Shown here piece by piece: positions 1-13,900 of a stretch of DNA of 64,000 nucleotides. Both the position numbers and the translations under genes were made by a program. Source of the DNA: Paraphysomonas bandaiensis (taxonomy: Eukaryota; Protista; Chrysophyceae); NCBI GenBank assembly GCA_965644295.1, contig CBFFRP010000215.1:95532-159531 (forward strand). Reading direction: 5' to 3'. Every line of letters begins with the position of its first letter. The first letter of the stretch is position 1. The notes beneath the pieces were generated by a model. The model was not told the DNA's origin. It saw only the letters and a program-made list of their open reading frames with translations, and did not search any database.

Positions 1-3000
1 AAGAGTCACAGCAACGGTGAGTGAAATTTCTAAATGGTGTTCTTTCAACGAAGTAAATTACTGTTAGGGAGGACGAATGGGCGGAAACCTTCGTGCAGAG
101 AGTTATTGCAGCCCGACAAGACAATTTCGATAGTGCTTGGAGCAGTTTCGCAAGTGTGCAAGCAAGCAAAGTCCCAACACTTGGAATGGAACCCGTTTCC
201 AGTGGAACTGCCGCTAGCAGTGCTACAAGACGAGATAAATTGAGAAGTGGTACCGTAGGCGAAGAGAATTTTCAGGATTCTATGCTTTCAATTGTTGTTG
301 AAGATGCGGGCGGAAGCTTTTATGGAGAAAGTGTCAACGGTATTAATACACCCTTTCCTCCGCCAGGCCCTTTGCTACGCCGCGCTGTTTCCTCGACTGT
401 TAGGCGAAATACATCTCAGCCCCCACTTTCCCAAACACATTTTTCTAAGAAAGAAAAGAGTCTTTCTCCTGCCAAAGTAGAACGCCTTCAGAATATAAAA
501 GCCGTCTATGGCCAACCTTCTTCAAAGAATTCCAGTGTTCGGGCCAGTAGGAGGAAAGTACCGACGCAAAACAAATCTTTAAATGCAACACCGGGCCCTG
601 GGTCGCTCAAGAAGAAAAGTTCTATATTTACTTCACAATCCAAGTTCAAAGTTGAAGAAACGAAACATAGTAACTTATCTCAGGCGTATTTAAATGAAGA
701 GTGGATGGGTTCTGCCGAGTTGACTAATTCCGTTTTAAGGGCTAAGTCAAATGGATCTGCTGGATCTCCACAGAAATGTGCATTTTTGGGATCAGAGAGT
801 AATGGCGGGCCGCAGATGATTCATAAGCATGGTAAGCCTGATCCGGGAGAGTCATTACTACTCGATGTACCACTCGGAATAGAAGATAAAATGGACAGAT
901 TAATAAATGCTGCTGCAATGAGATGCTATGTCCCGGAGATTTTCTCCCAATCGCGCTCTCTAGATGGGAGGGCGCCTATTACTGCTCAGGAGGCGTATGC
1001 GATGTACCAAACCCTTCCATCCAACAGTTTGGCAAAGATGCGCTACGAACAGAAAGTGGAAGCCTGGTGTATGCCCACTGTAAACAGGCTTCGACTTAAA
1101 GGATTGAATTTCATCAAAGATGCACTTCCAGTATCTAAGTTGAGCATGTTCTTGAGAGGTGTCGAGGCACAACCAATTTTAATTCGGACGGTTGTTGAGT
1201 TAGCTAGAAAACTTGAACAACTAAATGCTGTTCCCTCAGGCTATATGCGAAAGGAAATGAAAGAAGAATATCAAGATATCGTGGATGGAAAAGGAAAAAT
1301 AACGCGTGCTATTCATGCTGCTGTTGAAAGTATAAAACCAAGTAAAGACGCAGATAATAAGGATGGAACTAAGTGTAATGAGGAGGAAGATGTAGATGCC
1401 GAAGCGGCGAAGTTAGTTGCTGCGGAGGAGAGGTCGCGACTGAATGCTCTGGCTCAACGACTTCTTGAACGTATGATTACGAAAGGAGAATGGGCCCGAA
1501 TGGATGCTCCTATGGATGCACTGCTGCAAAATGCCGCATTTCTTATATGCCCATTCCAAAGACCGGATGGTAGTGGTGCTAAGTCTTATGATAACTGCTT
1601 TGAAAATAAAATGTCTCTTTTTGGACTATTTGGAAAAGAAGATGAAACCTCTGAAGAATTGCGGATGGGACAATTAGAGTTCACAGAGTTTGCTAATGCA
1701 TTAGTCCAACTTCCATCAGAAGATGCCATGAAGAGTTTGATCCGGGACCGCTTTCGTGCCGCTGTCATATTGTCAACACCGTATGAATTACGTTTGAAGA
1801 AGTTAGGAGTAATGACTGTTAAAGACCTGGCAACTCTGAGCGGCGAGAGCACTGGCAGAAGCTCCGATGTAGCAGCGGTATGTAGTTATTTGGGTGGTAA
1901 GTGTTTAATTCTTTTGCAGATTTTGAAGTCAATGCCGAAGCCGTTTCTTCATCAAGTGGAGGCATTACTGAGTATGGCTATTTCGGTGACTTCTGAGGCA
2001 AAAGTACTTCCAGCCTCCAAGGGCGGTGCTGCTATGGCTAAGTCAACAGCGATTACGAAGGACCCTATTGATAAGACCGGGCGGACACTTATTGGACCAC
2101 TATCGGAAAATCCGCGGTTGATACAAGTCCCTCTTGCTTTTGATTCAAAGTTTCAACGAGGTCCACTTGATCCCTACGGTCGACCGTCGAGGTTGATCGG
2201 ACAGCTTCCAGCTCTGCGAGTTCCTAGTCAAGACTCTCAGCGAAGTCGGAGTTTATATGCGAATAAAGGAAGTGTAATGCCAGAGGTTGGACCGGCGAGC
2301 ACAACTAGCCTGTCTATACAACAGGCAGCTAATCGGCAACGCTTGATATCTACCGAACTTGCTGCAATGGGCAAGTATGTCTCCCTTGACCAGCAGGATA
2401 TGTATTCACATATTCCTCATAATCTATGGGAAGTAGGAGACCACATTCATTCCACTGACGAAAATGATATTGCTACTGGTGGCGATCCCAGTGTGGAAAT
2501 GTGGTCATTTGAACCATCTCTCTCACACAAATCGGCACGGAAGGATAGTAGTGGCCAGTTAAATGAAGATCGGTCGGATTCATTGTGTGATGGGCAGTCT
2601 ACTGTCGATTATAAACCACGAAGGGATAATTCTGTGAACACAAGTGGACACGCTCCGCAAGATAGAGATGAATCTGATGTCGGGGAACAGTTGGAGGCCA
2701 TTCGCGACCAGCTGAACAGTCATTCTTCCACAAGGGGTGCTGTCCCTAGCCGTTCGAATATGGGCACAAGGCAGACCTCACAAAAGCAATCACGGTCATC
2801 GAATAGGCGTCAAAGATCTTCTGTTTCACAGCCGTATGATACGGAGACGCGTTTTGAACGACCCCACAAATGTTCGTTTGAAGGGTGTAACCAGGCATTC
2901 TCAAGGGTGTACACACTTAAACTGCATGAGAAGTCACACCTTATGTTTCCAGAGTACCATAAATATCGGCGTGATCCTATGCTTTCGTTTGACGCTGATG

Positions 3001-3137
3001 CAGAAAAGATGGTCCAGGAATCGCGACAAAGGTTGTGTACAAGAGAGAGCATGCCTTTGTTACGAGATATCGAGCTTGAAAGAACACTTCTGAGGTCATC
3101 TTATAGCAGTAATTGCTCTTTAAATAGTGGTGACTAG
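1..3137 (+). CDS. Large low-complexity protein with a C-terminal C2H2 zinc finger (5' end lies outside the window)
   Basis: Long ORF 93-3137 with HKCSFEGCNQAFSRVYTLKLHEKSH (C-x4-C-x12-H-x3-H). An upstream exon ends at 16; intron 17-67 (GTGAGT...TTAG, phase 2) joins it in frame. Probable in-frame 42-nt intron at 1878-1919 (GTATGT...TTGCAG). Confidence 0.72.
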
Positions 3138-3544
3138 GAGCCCGCTAACTGTTTGTTTAATGTCGTAATATGTGTCCATACGTGTGTAATAAACTGATGA
3201 GTGTATTATGTATTTGAATATTATAATTTTGTCTTTTCGTGTGGATTTTTACGCGTACCGCTGACTGGGAGACTGCTTCTTAAGTTTATACATGCACATC
3301 TAGGTACAAAATACTTTGATATATAAGAGGATGCTATAAACTATAAAGCTCAATCGTAAATCATCCTACCACTTTCCATACTAGGGCTAGGAAAATGTAT
3401 AACTTGAGTATATTGAGATATTGCATCGCCATAATCGAAGATAGGTCGATACTTTAGCAATCTAGTGCAACCAATAATTTTTAGGACGTTCAAAAGTCGT
3501 CTTTTTTGCTAGGAATGATTCACTTATCCGAATCCTATGTGTAG

Positions 3545-4165
3545 CAGGGCCTGGTAACCGATAGCAATATACCATTATAATTTCCAGTCATTTTGCATTA
3601 ATGGCATAAAAAATGCCGGGAACTGGGCATCCATTAATGGCATTTACTGGTGCTCGATATATGCAAAATAGAGAACTTAGTGTCTCTATACTCCGAAAAA
3701 ACTCTATACAATATTAAGCAATGCTCATGCAGCTCTACAGCTACTTTGTTGCAACTTTGTTCATTATCAACAGCAAACTTAATGATATAAGAGTTAGAGA
3801 GCAGTTTCCTGAGGGACAACATACAACTGCATCCTTCTTGGCGAATACAATTTCCCAACCACCTTGGAATATAAAATTCTTACTACAGCTAACTTTCGAG
3901 CGCTGAAACAATACTTATGCAACTTGAAAAATTACAGAGTGTTACGCTTGCCTTTCAAGGAGACGGAACCGATTCGAATCAAGCCCCGCCAGTAGTTATT
4001 GTTACAAAAATTCAGGGTTGCATCCATACCTTTCCCGAATGAAAGCATTGCTGCCATTGCAAATTTTGAGAAGGCACTGGCTAAATTCAAGGGAACGACG
4101 AAAGACAGTTGACAGACAATGTAACACCCTCCATGAAGACCTGCAAGATGATCCTGATGTACCAG
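3545..4165 (+). mobile_element. Decayed hAT-like DNA transposon, copy A (left TIR plus internally deleted transposase remnant)
   Basis: Starts CAGGGCCTGGTAACCG and contains CCATTAATGG subterminal motifs. 3885-4120 translates with frameshifts to ETILMQLEKLQSVTLAFQ...ANFEKALAK and aligns by eye with the reverse complement of ~35060-35300. 4127-4165 matches 28124-28170 and the reverse complement of ~34670-34718. Confidence 0.62.
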
Positions 4166-4816
4166 AGGAGAGCTAAATGAATGATGATGTTGACAGCCAC
4201 ATCATTTTATTGTGTACTAGTTTTTCCTACAATATAAAAAACTTCCACGATTTCATATTTTTTGCTTCAATGATAAGCTGAGTAGAAATATAGGTATGGT
4301 AGCTCATATTAAAAGGAGGCAAAGAGTGACGAATCTATGTAGAAAAGGCGAATGTCCCCTCTAAAAGAGACCGCGCTTAGAGGAATATCCCTTTAGAAGT
4401 GGTAGACCAGCGTTAATATATCAGCTCATATCCATTAAAGCATGAGTTTCTCATGAAGAATTCCAGATAACTGTGCTATATTCAACTCGTAGATCAGCGC
4501 TATGATTGTGTAGTAGCGCAGGTAACAATATACGCCTTTGCTTCCTAGAGTCAAGCATGACAGGACTGTGTTCGTCACAGAACCTTATGAGGAGTTTGGG
4601 AAGAAGTGTCTGAGAGTCAGACAGCTCCGGATGGTTGCCAATGTGTTGACAAAACCTCTACAAATACCATACGAAGCTCTATCTATAACTATCCAGCCAT
4701 ATCTAGAGATGCATCTCCATAGCCCACATACACACATAATAAATGTCAGTACATACATATACTGTACACTGTATTCCTGTATTCTGTGGACATATGCCAT
4801 ACCATTCCATGTGCCT

Positions 4817-4974
4817 CTGGGGGTGGTTGTGCATATCGATATCATCGATTTGTTCATCGTTTATTTCATCGAAAAATCATCGTTTTTTCAATGAAAAATG
4901 AAAAAAGTGACTTTTTAATGAGGAAACGATTATTTTTCGATGAAATAAAAATCGATATGCACAACCACCCCCTG
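4817..4974. mobile_element. 158-bp MITE with 24-bp terminal inverted repeats
   Basis: Left end CTGGGGGTGGTTGTGCATATCGAT; right end ATCGATATGCACAACCACCCCCTG (reverse complement CAGGGGGTGG..., 1 mismatch). Internal inverted pair TTTATTTCATCGAAAAAT / ATTTTTCGATGAAATAAA and repeated CATCG motifs. No clear target-site duplication. Confidence 0.75.
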
Positions 4975-5275
4975 TCGGGAATACGTAGATATGAGAAATC
5001 AGAAATTAGGGACTTCAATAATCGCACTTGTAGTCCTTTGTCAACTGTATACCTACAGCATACTGCTGTTTTTTCAACAGATTCCTCCAGTCACTCCAAG
5101 TAGTTAGTACAGCAGCAGTATATCCTAACACCGTATCTCCCATGCTTCAACAGACAGAAGGGACAGGGGAATCCTAGCTATCTTCCCAACTCCAATACCA
5201 CGTCATAGAAGACCTCAACGCTTTCATATTCTAACATGTCAAAATTGGAAGTGGTAAACTGGGTAGTGATCGGTC

Positions 5276-6379
5276 ATGTCAGAAGAGGATAAAGTTTCGA
5301 CTGAAGGCGATTCTCACGGTATTGATGACTGTAATGAATACGTCTATGAGGTAACTGTCCTGCCTATGTCCACGCTTATGTCTCAATCGGATGTATAGGT
5401 GTACTTCAAGTGCCACTTAAATACTTATTTATCTTGTGATCCAGAGCTTGTAGAAGGAGATGTGGTTACTGTACAAGCGCAGTCGCACAGAGGTTTCGAT
5501 GTGGGCGTAGTTAGCCGGAGTGTCCCGAGGAATTCTCCCTACTTCGCTGTAGCGCATCGCACATCAACCTTGAAAATTACTTCTAAGTGCACAGAATCAG
5601 AAGTGCTCGAACTGAAGAAGAAACTCTCTATCGAAGAGGCGGCAGTGAACGTTTGTCGCAAAATATGTGCTGGCGCTGGCTTGCAGGATGATATTGTGAT
5701 ACTTAATTCAGAGATTCAGTTTGATTCCCGTCAAATCACATTCTATTATCAGAATTGCAGTGATTCTTCTTTAGCTACGGCTCCGAGTTTAAATTTAGAC
5801 CGTGAACATGAAATTTTAGAGCTGCTATTCAAGAAACTGAAGACTGACGTGAGTTTGAAATATATATCGAAGACTGATCAACGCACGCGAGAACTTGAGT
5901 GTATAGAGAGACGATATCTCGAACTTTCATCTATTTACTCGCCAGATAGCATTGATGAGAGTCACACTGTACCACAGCTACAGGAACATATACCACCACC
6001 TGTGGGAGTGACAACACGTGTTCCTGAACTGAGCTGTGCTGGACTTGATTGCCCTGTCCTTCGCCGTGCTCCAGACATGCGGACACCACAATCCCATCGT
6101 AGCCATGCTTCATTCTTGTATTCGCACAATGCTGCAATTTCGAATGCTTATTCAGTTCAAAACCCCTGTTATCGAGTGCAGGCTCGGCATATCCAACTAT
6201 TGTCTCCCCCTTCCGCTTGCAACCAAGCGTTTCATGTTCCTGTTTTTCATGCGAACCCTACTTCAAGGCTAGTCCACATAGCTCGGGAACCTGCGTATCG
6301 TTTGCCCGTAGGGGGGCTGGTACCATTGGTGTGGCCCGATCACTGCACGTCTCACTCCGATATTGTGGCCAAGTTATGA
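5276..6379 (+). CDS. PSP1 C-terminal domain protein (PSP1/YaaT-RicT family)
   Basis: Exon 5276-5350 (MSEEDK...YVYE), intron 5351-5398, then ORF 5399-6379. Contains GDVVTVQ..RGFDVGVV and EEAAVNVCRK...ILNSEIQFDSRQITFYY, which matches the PSP1 consensus (aEyQfDrxKltfyy). Confidence 0.75.
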
Positions 6380-7908
6380 TTTTTTATTTGATATGTCGAT
6401 TGACATAAGTGACGCAAGCATTTTATTTCTGATACGTGGTTCTGATGTCATTCCCATGCACATAGCTTCTCGTTATAGACTACTTTTGTTTCAACTGCCT
6501 TCATTTATAGATTTGATTATGGCATATTGTATTCACATTTAATTGTTTTATTCTCGTCATACTTCCAGACAGAATTTCTGTTTATTAGTGCGTTTTGTAA
6601 TAGCTGTACACAGGCAAATGTTGAGATCCAAGAATTTCTCACAGTGTGGATGCATAAACCGAATTGTTGCATTACCAAGGTGGCGAGATTACCTTGATAC
6701 GATATTAAAATCGTCAAGTGTGACACTCTTTCATTGCCAAACTATCGTGACAATCGTTTGACTAACTACTTTAATAATTTTGCTTCAGTATGTAACCTGT
6801 GTGACTGCAACAGCACTATAGTTATAGTTATGTGTAAAAGAAACAATGTATCATCTAAGGAGATGAAGATCTCTCCCACCTCAGCAATTTTTCACCAAAT
6901 TTGGAGCAGAATATTTTGTAAGGATTTTAGTGTTGAAGTCAAGTGAGCTTATGATGCTACTTTCTTCGGTATGCAGCTCTATATGCGCATATGTATAGAG
7001 TAGTCAAGTATTCAGCACTGCATTGATTCCGGTTAAGCAACTACTCCTTACATAGCGTACACTATACATAGAAATGGCAACTATCTATACTCGAACAAAT
7101 AAAAAAACAGTTTTCCTATTTACATATTCACATATCGTTAAGCCTGCCTAATATTTCATGTACACGTTGACAAATACATTTCTCCTCTGTACATACATTT
7201 TTTTCTATTGTGTTGCAAAATGCTGTTGACCCACTTAAGGTACGTGATAGTTATCCGTCTGACACCCTATGCTGCTATGCTTGAGTAGATTTGAGTAGAT
7301 TCAATGTAGCACTATTCTGGTAATAACTGATTCGAGTGGTGGGAGTAATCAACCATCGCAAATATGCCTGTCCGATATCTGATTAACACTATTGAGAATA
7401 TATTCCGATATTGACGATATGTAGATATTCACAGTAAACACTGTGCATAAGTTGTGCTATACATATAGATACTATGCATCAATACACTGCTAGGAGTGCT
7501 CTCTGCGCTGCAAAGATACACTGCCAGAATATCTAGCTAGATCAATACCCGCCCAAAGATATCCCACTTACGGTATTTTCGAAAAAAATAGCAATTTTCG
7601 ACACCCCAGGTGCAGTAGTTTTTAGGAGATAGGTGATATTTTCCAGGATTTCCCAGGATTCGCGACAGGAAGTGTGAAGTAGAGTGAAGTGTTCATAATA
7701 TAGCCAATAGTTAAGTTGCATCAGTCCACTTCGTGTTGACGAGTTGAAGTGAAGTTTTATATTCATATTTGGACTGAGTCATATATATGAGTATGAGCAG
7801 TGTGCACATTACTCATTTCGGGCTCTGCTATCTCCTGTGGCTAAGAAATGCCATCGAATGTTGGGATTGCAACACTTGAGCTCTCAACACCGTTGACGTG
7901 GAGGTACA

Positions 7909-10900
7909 ATGCGCAGTGGTGGTCATTTTAATCCTGAGTATATAGTAGAGCTATGGCGATGCTATTCAAGGGTACGTGTATTATCTCTATTCTCTCTCTC
8001 TCTTACTGTGAACACAGATGCGGAGTGCTGTGCACAGGCGATGGAGGTTGAATTGAAAGAGCAGTTGAGGCGATATCTTGTGACGGATTTCTCTGTGCAT
8101 GTTAAAAACAGCGGGAAATGTGATGTATTGGAAGCGTACAATGATGCCTTAAGTAGTGAGAAATTAATTGATGGACTGTATGGAAAGTTGAAAACTCTTG
8201 CTGTGAGTGATAAACAGCTCTGGGAGTTTTCGAAGCATTTCAAACTTCCAATTGGATTAAGTCATAGACTCGTACGAGATGCAAGTACTTTTTTGTATTC
8301 ATTAAAGAAAGGGCACTTGCTTGTGGATTCTATCTGTATTGTTGAAATATACGAACAGAGCTCTCATTTCAAAGTAATTCACGCTGACTGGAACTGCTTT
8401 CTGGTCGCAAGGGTCTGCAGTATTACTAATATTGCTCAATGTAGACCTAGAAGTGACACTTGGATATCTTTGGGCTTCCATTCTCATATTGTAACCGCTT
8501 ATTTTTACCGGATACACCGAGAAAATGATAGGTTTTGCTTGTTTGTTCAACACATAGATGGTGCTCTATCGCTGAAACACTTCTTAGATATTCAATCGGG
8601 TACAGAGGGGACTGATGTATCCAGTATAGTACGGTCATCGTTTCGCACAATGATATCACTTTGTCGCGCTATAGATCACTGTCATGTACGAGGATGTCCT
8701 CATCTGTGCATATGTCCGGAAAATGTATTAATGGTAAGTGATAACCAATCGGTTAGTGCTGACTGGAACGTGATGATAACGGGGTTTGAGCTATCATCGA
8801 CTGAGCGTGACTGTGGTGAGTACTTTCTACTTTGCTGCCAAGTTATGTGATTTTTGTGTGCTGTTTAATTCATGAACCGTATTCATTGTAAATCATCTTG
8901 ATCATTTTACCTCATAGATAAGTACGATAGACTTATCACTATGTTTCTTATAGCATTTTACTTATTTGACTTTAATTGTGCACAGATTCAATATATGTTG
9001 CTCCAGAGCTCGCATACTCTGACGAAGCTCTGCCAGTTGCTGATGTATATTCTTTAAGTATGGTGTTTCTAGATATCATCCGGGGTCGTACCCTTTATCC
9101 CAAGGAGATAGAAGCGTATTTAAGATGTGATGATGGGACGAAACATGAAAATGGAGCAGATTATGACCTTCCTCCGCATATTTCAGCAATGGTAGATGCT
9201 GCATTTGCTGAGTCTTGCCTGCCAACACGTAGAATTTACCCTCTCCTCCCAGTTATAGAGAGCGGCCTGCGTGCCAACCCTGACCTTCGTCCCTCTGTGC
9301 GAGAGATGCTGGAGCAGCTTCATGACGCACATAAGTACACTACACTGGCCCCTACCCTTCCTCCTCCCCCGCCTGCAGTTGCGTCAGAATCTCCTGAAAA
9401 TATGAGTAATCTCGCTTGGGGGGAAATGGAGGTGGGGTGTCTGGAGAGCGCCAGGGAACATTGGATTGGGGCACTAGCCAGCAACCCAGCTGATCTTGTA
9501 GTACTTTGGAACTTGACTTTGTGTAGGTGGAGATGTGGAGAAATTGGTCCTGCGGAGGCAGTCGGCATAATACGCAGGCACCAAATGCAGTTTGTATCTC
9601 CTTTCAGTGTACAGGTACACGCAAGCAGTGACTCTGCTGACCATGATGCTCTATGTTCAACGATATGCAGTGAATCACTTCTCTCTCCCATCTCTGGGAT
9701 TGGTCCGTTGCTACCAACTTCAGAGATGGCAACTTCATGCGCATATATATGGTGCTCAGGATTTACACCCGCAGAAGCACTTATGTACAGAAAAATGCAG
9801 ATGTTCTGTGCGGATGACACATCTCTGGTATTGAGCAGTCATCTGACCAGGTGTAGGTTAGAGTACGATGCATCTTTGGAATGTCTCGTTGAACATGTTC
9901 GAGAGAGACCAGGTGTGTATCATTCATCTCACTGTGCAGTGGGAAGCGGGATGGTGTGGCTGAATCTCGATCCTGACATCGAGACAATAGAAGTTGGGTC
10001 GTATGACGACCCACACGACGGTATTGTGCTCTTGGTGGGCGAGGTGATGCAGTATAATGGGATGTGTCTATTTGTTGAGCGGGCAGTCGATGGGGTATGC
10101 AGTGTTCCTGGTCTGGGTGAAACTGTGCTGTGTGTGACTGTTTACGTTCTCTTGGAAGGACGCTGGGCATATGATGAATTTGGAAATGAAGGTGGGGAGA
10201 ATATGGATGACCTTCCGAGTGTGGTAGGATATGACGAGGATTCTTATTCTTCTCCTTCATCACAGAGTGAAACGGACACGAATCTTACTCCTGCCCCTCC
10301 CCGTCGACATTATTTTCTTGCAGTTGGAAATTTACGCGAAAGTTGCTTTTACCTCGAGGGAATATGTGCGGTGTGGGGAATAAACCCCGATCAACGTCCA
10401 GTAAGGCTGCAGTTAATCTCTCCTGAATTGCTGCTTGTCTCGGGATCGGGAGGTTTGCTAGCTCATGCTAGCCCGCCGCATGAAATCCGTGGAGTTCCCT
10501 CAATACGCATAGTGCATATGAGCTCTGACCCCATGTTACAACCGCATATTCATCCAGACAGGCTCTCAGCAAGTCATAGTGTTAGCAGCACTGTAGTGGA
10601 CTCCAGTTATTCCCCTGGAAGCCGAACTCTTATATCCGGCGATTCACAGGGTACATTGTGTCTCTGGAAGAAAGACTCTGAAGAATCGGACGTGTTCACC
10701 CTGGTGGGTAAACCTCTGTCTTTGTGCGGGAGGATATACCGCATTGTCCAGTCTGAACAGAGTGTGCATGCCCTTGTTAGTCTTGATATGCAATTACTGT
10801 TGGTTTCTGCATCGGTTGGTGGTGTGACTTGTAATTTGCACGTTCGATCTATTTTGGATGCTGTCCCTCCTGGTAAAGGCTTGAGTCCACAATACGTCGC

Positions 10901-13900
10901 GCGTTTTACTGGGAAGACTGTTAGCGTGTGGCGTGTGTCCACACAGACTCGTCAGTCGACGGTCAATACCACATCGAAGTATAGCTTAAAGGTTGAGTTC
11001 ATGTCAGTCCCTAACGCAGAATATTTCTCACATTCTAAGGAGCGGTGCACATTCAGGTAATAAAATGTTGCTGAAGCGGTAGTTTTATATTGAGTGCAGG
11101 TTTATGCCTGTGGAGTCATATCGCAACATCATGAGCAAGAAAGCGACTCTGCGAACCCTCAACGAGAGATTGTTTCACCTAGTCAACACTGATGACTTTG
11201 AATATGCTCTTGACGACATAATGGATTGCAGGAAATGCATGCCATCTTTACGATTCAATAGCGAGGTATTGACGTGGTACATGTCCATCAGCGAGAAGTC
11301 AGCTTTGAGCGTTGGATGTGATAGTCAGAATAGAACAGTGAAATTTATCCCGACAGACAGTCTTGACTCGTGTCGCTCTCCCACCGTCACGTCTGATATT
11401 GAAATGCTATCTGCAATAAGTGCGAGCATGCAGATATCTGTTTCAGGACCGGTATTTCCGTTTGCTGTGTCCAGTAACGGGTTTCTCATTGCAACATCAG
11501 CCCGATCTAAAATAGCTGAAGCAACAGGGGATACCTGGAAGGCAAGAAATAACCACTGTAATGAAGCACATGTGTTATTGTTGGCGGTGCGTATTTATTG
11601 CCTTTCCAACCGAAAGCTCCTCTATACTATGGACTTCAATGACTTGTTTCTTGGGTTTGATGCATGCTACCCGTGCTGTCGATCTTATAAACGGCTCGAA
11701 AGTATTTATATAGTCTCAGCCTTGAGTTTTTCATGTAATGGAAAGGTATTGCTTGTTGCTGTGGATCGGCAGAATTGTAAGGTATCTTCCTTGATACTCT
11801 GGTGTTGCCAAGAGCGGAAATGCATTGGCCGCATGGACCACACAGATGGATCAGTCATAGAGGCCAAATGGAGTCATTCGGACACTCTACTTACTGTATT
11901 CTTCTCGGATGAAAAGTTTTTGACTTATTTCTTGGATTGGCCAGTAGTAAAAATATCCCACACGACAGCCCCTGCGAATAGATGGCTCACATTGCGAGGC
12001 ATATGTGCTACCTCTGATAGCATGACAGATGAAGAAACATGTACATCTGGGGGAAGTCCCAACGATATATACGTGAATAACATGTCGAACAGCGATGTGG
12101 ATACGTATCAAAGAGATACAATTCTGCGGAGTGGAGAGTATTTTGACTCACTATGTATGACCAGCATGGACGCAAGCACTGCTCTCCCTACACCAGCTTC
12201 ATCTATGCTGAACAAATATGCTGACATGAAACAGTGGGCCGTGCGTTCTATCGAGGCGTGGGTGCGGGCATGTGACGATGATGTCACTGGTGGTACACTA
12301 TACGTTCCCCGGTCAGTTCATTCTGTCCGAGCTTCTCGTGTGTGTATTGTACATGGAGCGCCTTTTAGCGGCAAGTCTGTGATATTATCCCGCGCAGCTT
12401 TGGAATGCTCCCCTAATGTGCTCGCAAGTGTTTTTATTCCTCGACATCGATTTAAAAGCTCCTCACCTAACAGCATCGCGTTTGATATGATATGTGCAAT
12501 ATCCCAGCAGTTACGAATTGCGTACGGCTCCCGGTATACTATCCCTATGCTACATGAGCTATCGAATGAAGTTCAACGTCTTTCAGAAGTAAGCGGTGGC
12601 GCTCTAAGAAACACCAATATATGTCGTGGGGCCTCGCGCCACTCCAGAAACTTCTCAGTCGCCAGCAGCCTTGGGTCCTTAGAGAGCAACACTTTCGTGG
12701 AGGAAGATATAACGTATGATAACCTACTACTCTGCACATGCAGGGCTCTCCGACTGACGACTGATGAGGCGACCGCACTCATGACACCTATTGCAATTAT
12801 TCCTGACATCAAGCGTCTCTCCCTTAGAACACTGTTCGTTGCATTAATAAGTAAACCTCTCTCCGAGCTCCCAGCTCCAAGAGGCAATGCAGCCATATTT
12901 GTAGATGGATTGGATATATGTGACAGTTCTTCAACATATACGCATGCTCAATGTGTAGTAGACCTTCTTATTCATAGCACGCCTCCGTGGTGCAGAATTG
13001 TTCTCTCATCCAGACACTCGCCGATTCAAATACCTGTTGTACAGGACGTAGAGAGCTTTGGTGTACATTTGGACAGAGAGGGTACAAACGCTGCAGATAT
13101 GTTTTCACTCTGTAAAGAGCTTTTACGAGAAAAAGGTCTCAAAGGCGATGTTTTGAGCTCTGCGAGGACCATCTTTTCTGCCGCCGAAATGTCATTGCGT
13201 CAGGTGGAGCTCTTGCACTCTGTACTTCCTGATTCTCTGACCCCTGGTACTTTGCGCCGCACACTTTGCGTACTTGACCTTCGTGATATCGCTCTTGATG
13301 AGTTGTTTTCTTTTCCCTCTTCGGAAGTAAGTGTCAACTTTTCCTGTGATATTTTGATTGCCAATGAGTGTATGCGTGCAGAAATTTCAGCGTGCACAAC
13401 GGGTATTGCAGGTCCTATGTGCGGCATTCGAGAGTCCCACTGTGCAATATATTGCGGACGCCCTTCAAGATATGACTGAAGCGCAGGTAAATTGTTACCC
13501 TGAAGCGAGTCAGATATATGTGAATTAAAATTGATATCTTGTGAATTTTTGGGCGTATGCTGATTGATTTTGTTTTGCATGTTTGAGATTTTTTGCAGGT
13601 CGGACATATCATTGAGGCTGACTTATATTCGTTCTTTGAGGTTATGGACTGCAATAATACATGCACAGTGGTCCCGCGCTCTAGTACCTTCGTATCTTGG
13701 GTGCGATCGGGTGACAGACTTGGACATGCGTACTACATTAACCCACAGGAGGGACACAATTACCTCTGTGCATTGTATCTAAAACACTGCAGCAACAAGT
13801 CTATAGCAATGGATCACCCATGGCAGGCATACCTGAAGACCTATGGACCGTCACACTTGCACAGGTGTGTTTTTGTACTAAAGGCGGTGGTTACTTTCAG

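Noticed and set aside
9320-13666. Antisense ORFs inside the large gene (e.g. 9320-9820, 9781-10263, 13200-13607)
   Set aside because: They are shadow ORFs of a GC-richer coding strand with no independent motifs.
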